A stretch of 64,000 nt of DNA from Eledone cirrhosa (taxonomy: Eukaryota), in assembly GCA_964016885.1 (NCBI GenBank), contig OZ024743.1:352284001-352348000 (forward strand). Direction: 5' to 3'. The notes beneath the pieces were generated by a model. That model was not told the DNA's origin. It worked only from the letters and a program-made list of their open reading frames with translations, and made no database searches. Below, piece by piece: positions 62,605-64,000 of this stretch. Positions within the stretch are counted from its first letter, which is position 1; each line of letters begins with the position of its first letter. The position numbers were made by a program, and so were the translations under genes.

Positions 62605-64000
62605 TGTACAGCCACCGGAAATAACATCTGTGAAATATACAGCGCCATCTACCTGTTAGCTAGCTACTTCAATGTGAAACAAAAGAACCCTTAAAACCTA
62701 CCAGAATAAACGCCTACACATCGGCTAAACACCAAACGATTGTTTCTGTATAAATAGAGTGGTTCCCAACACTTCGCTAGTCGACTTTTGGCAGAGTCAG
62801 CTAGCGCATCGTTGTTCCTTTACTCTGCCACGCTTTGTCACTCACACGCCTTGTACCTCGTATCGTCGCTTCATGTGAAAGTAAATAGCTGATCGAATTT
62901 ACATCTCGCCTTGCTTCGTCCTTTCAACTTGTGCTTTCGTCTGTCCATCCTCAACAGTTCTTTTAAGGGCTATATGCGACAACAGTCCTTTTAAGGGCTA
63001 TCTTCAGATCTGATCAGACCGTATGCGATAAGAGTCCTTCTAAGGGCTATTCTCGGATCTGATCAGAAGTAGTGAGTAGACTGACTAACCACGTCGCTAC
63101 AATTGGTGACCCGAACGTGAGTCGAACGCGCAGCCAGACAGCACCTAAGAAAATATCAACATGGACATGTCACAAACGACAGAGGCCGAGATTTCAGAGC
63201 TGCGGGCTATGATCAGAGAGCGGGCTGGTTAAATTAAAGCCCTCTCGAATCAAGTAGAGAACTTGACCTTTCAAACACACCGGCAACGCAGCAAAAGTCG
63301 ATCCAGGCCTTTTCACAGTCGAAGATCCAGTAGTCCCAGTCAAAATAGTGTGCCTGGCAACCTCTGCTGGTATCACACAAATTTCGGCGCACAGGCATCT
63401 AAGTGCAAAGCCCCGTGCTCTTTCCGGAATGCCACCCAGGGCCTGGCGACGACGTTCACCCCTGGTACTGAAAAGAAAAGTCGTCTATTTTTTATTAACG
63501 ACCAGGCGACAGGCATCCGATACCTCGTGGATACAGGAGCCCAGGTTAGTGTTATTCCGGTTTCACTAATCTCGGGCAAGACACCCAACCCCGTCCTTTC
63601 TGCAGGCAGTGAACCAATCGTCAATTCCGACTTTTGGGGAGAAGTCTCTGACCCTCAATTTAGGCCTGAGGCGGCGTTTTCAATGGGTGTTCGTCGTGGC
63701 AGACCTGCCGACCCCTATCCTAGGAGCCTATTTTCTCAACCACTTCAACCTTCTGGTGGATATGAAGAACCGGAGGCTTATTGACACCACCACAAACCTC
63801 ACTGTGAGAGGTATATTTACCACGCAATCGACAGTGAGCCCTGTAATTTGCCAGTCAGAGCCTTCGCGGTACAACGGCATTCTCCAGAAATACCCAGACA
63901 TCACTCGCCCGGTATTTAAGGATGGTCCTATTAAGCATAGTGTCACGCACCACATCGAGACAAAGGGACCACTCACAGCTTCGCGACCAAGGAGACTGCC
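62605..64000 (+). mobile_element. Ty3/Gypsy LTR retrotransposon (CsRn1-like), 5' part
   Basis: Probable LTR TGT...ACA at 62605-63101. PBS TGGTGACCCGAACGTGA (tRNA-Trp-like) at 63104. Gag CHCC motif CWYHTNFGAQASKCKAPC, protease LVDTGAQVS, RT start VTHHIETKGP. Gag internally deleted and frameshifted. Confidence 0.88.

Overview
AT-rich eukaryotic genomic DNA made up almost entirely of repeats. The SINE families and long (TA)n tracts resemble octopus/cephalopod DNA; that assignment is inferred, not searched. The main result is that the 14-kb 'satellite' at 632-14701 is a 421-bp unit repeated 32 times head-to-tail, plus about 1.4 inverted units. Every unit carries a type I hammerhead ribozyme motif (CUGACGA-stem II-GAAA-CUAG-UA, extended stem I) inside a strongly self-complementary monomer. 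This is the layout of a non-LTR retrozyme or circRNA-producing array, and it lies next to, and in the same orientation as, a Penelope-like element (PLE). Five further hammerhead families occur in PLE pseudo-LTRs and fold-backs, two of them with the compensatory U3-A8 core. Several inversion breakpoints fall within 5 nt of predicted cleavage sites. Other contents: three PLE families, decayed R4/Dong, RTE and L1/Tx1 LINEs, a Helitron 3' end, hAT and Chapaev3-like transposase relics, a Charlie-type MITE, the 5' part of a CsRn1-like Gypsy element, and one host exon encoding a GT31 beta-1,3-galactosyltransferase-like protein. All calls are by eye; no folding program or database search was run.
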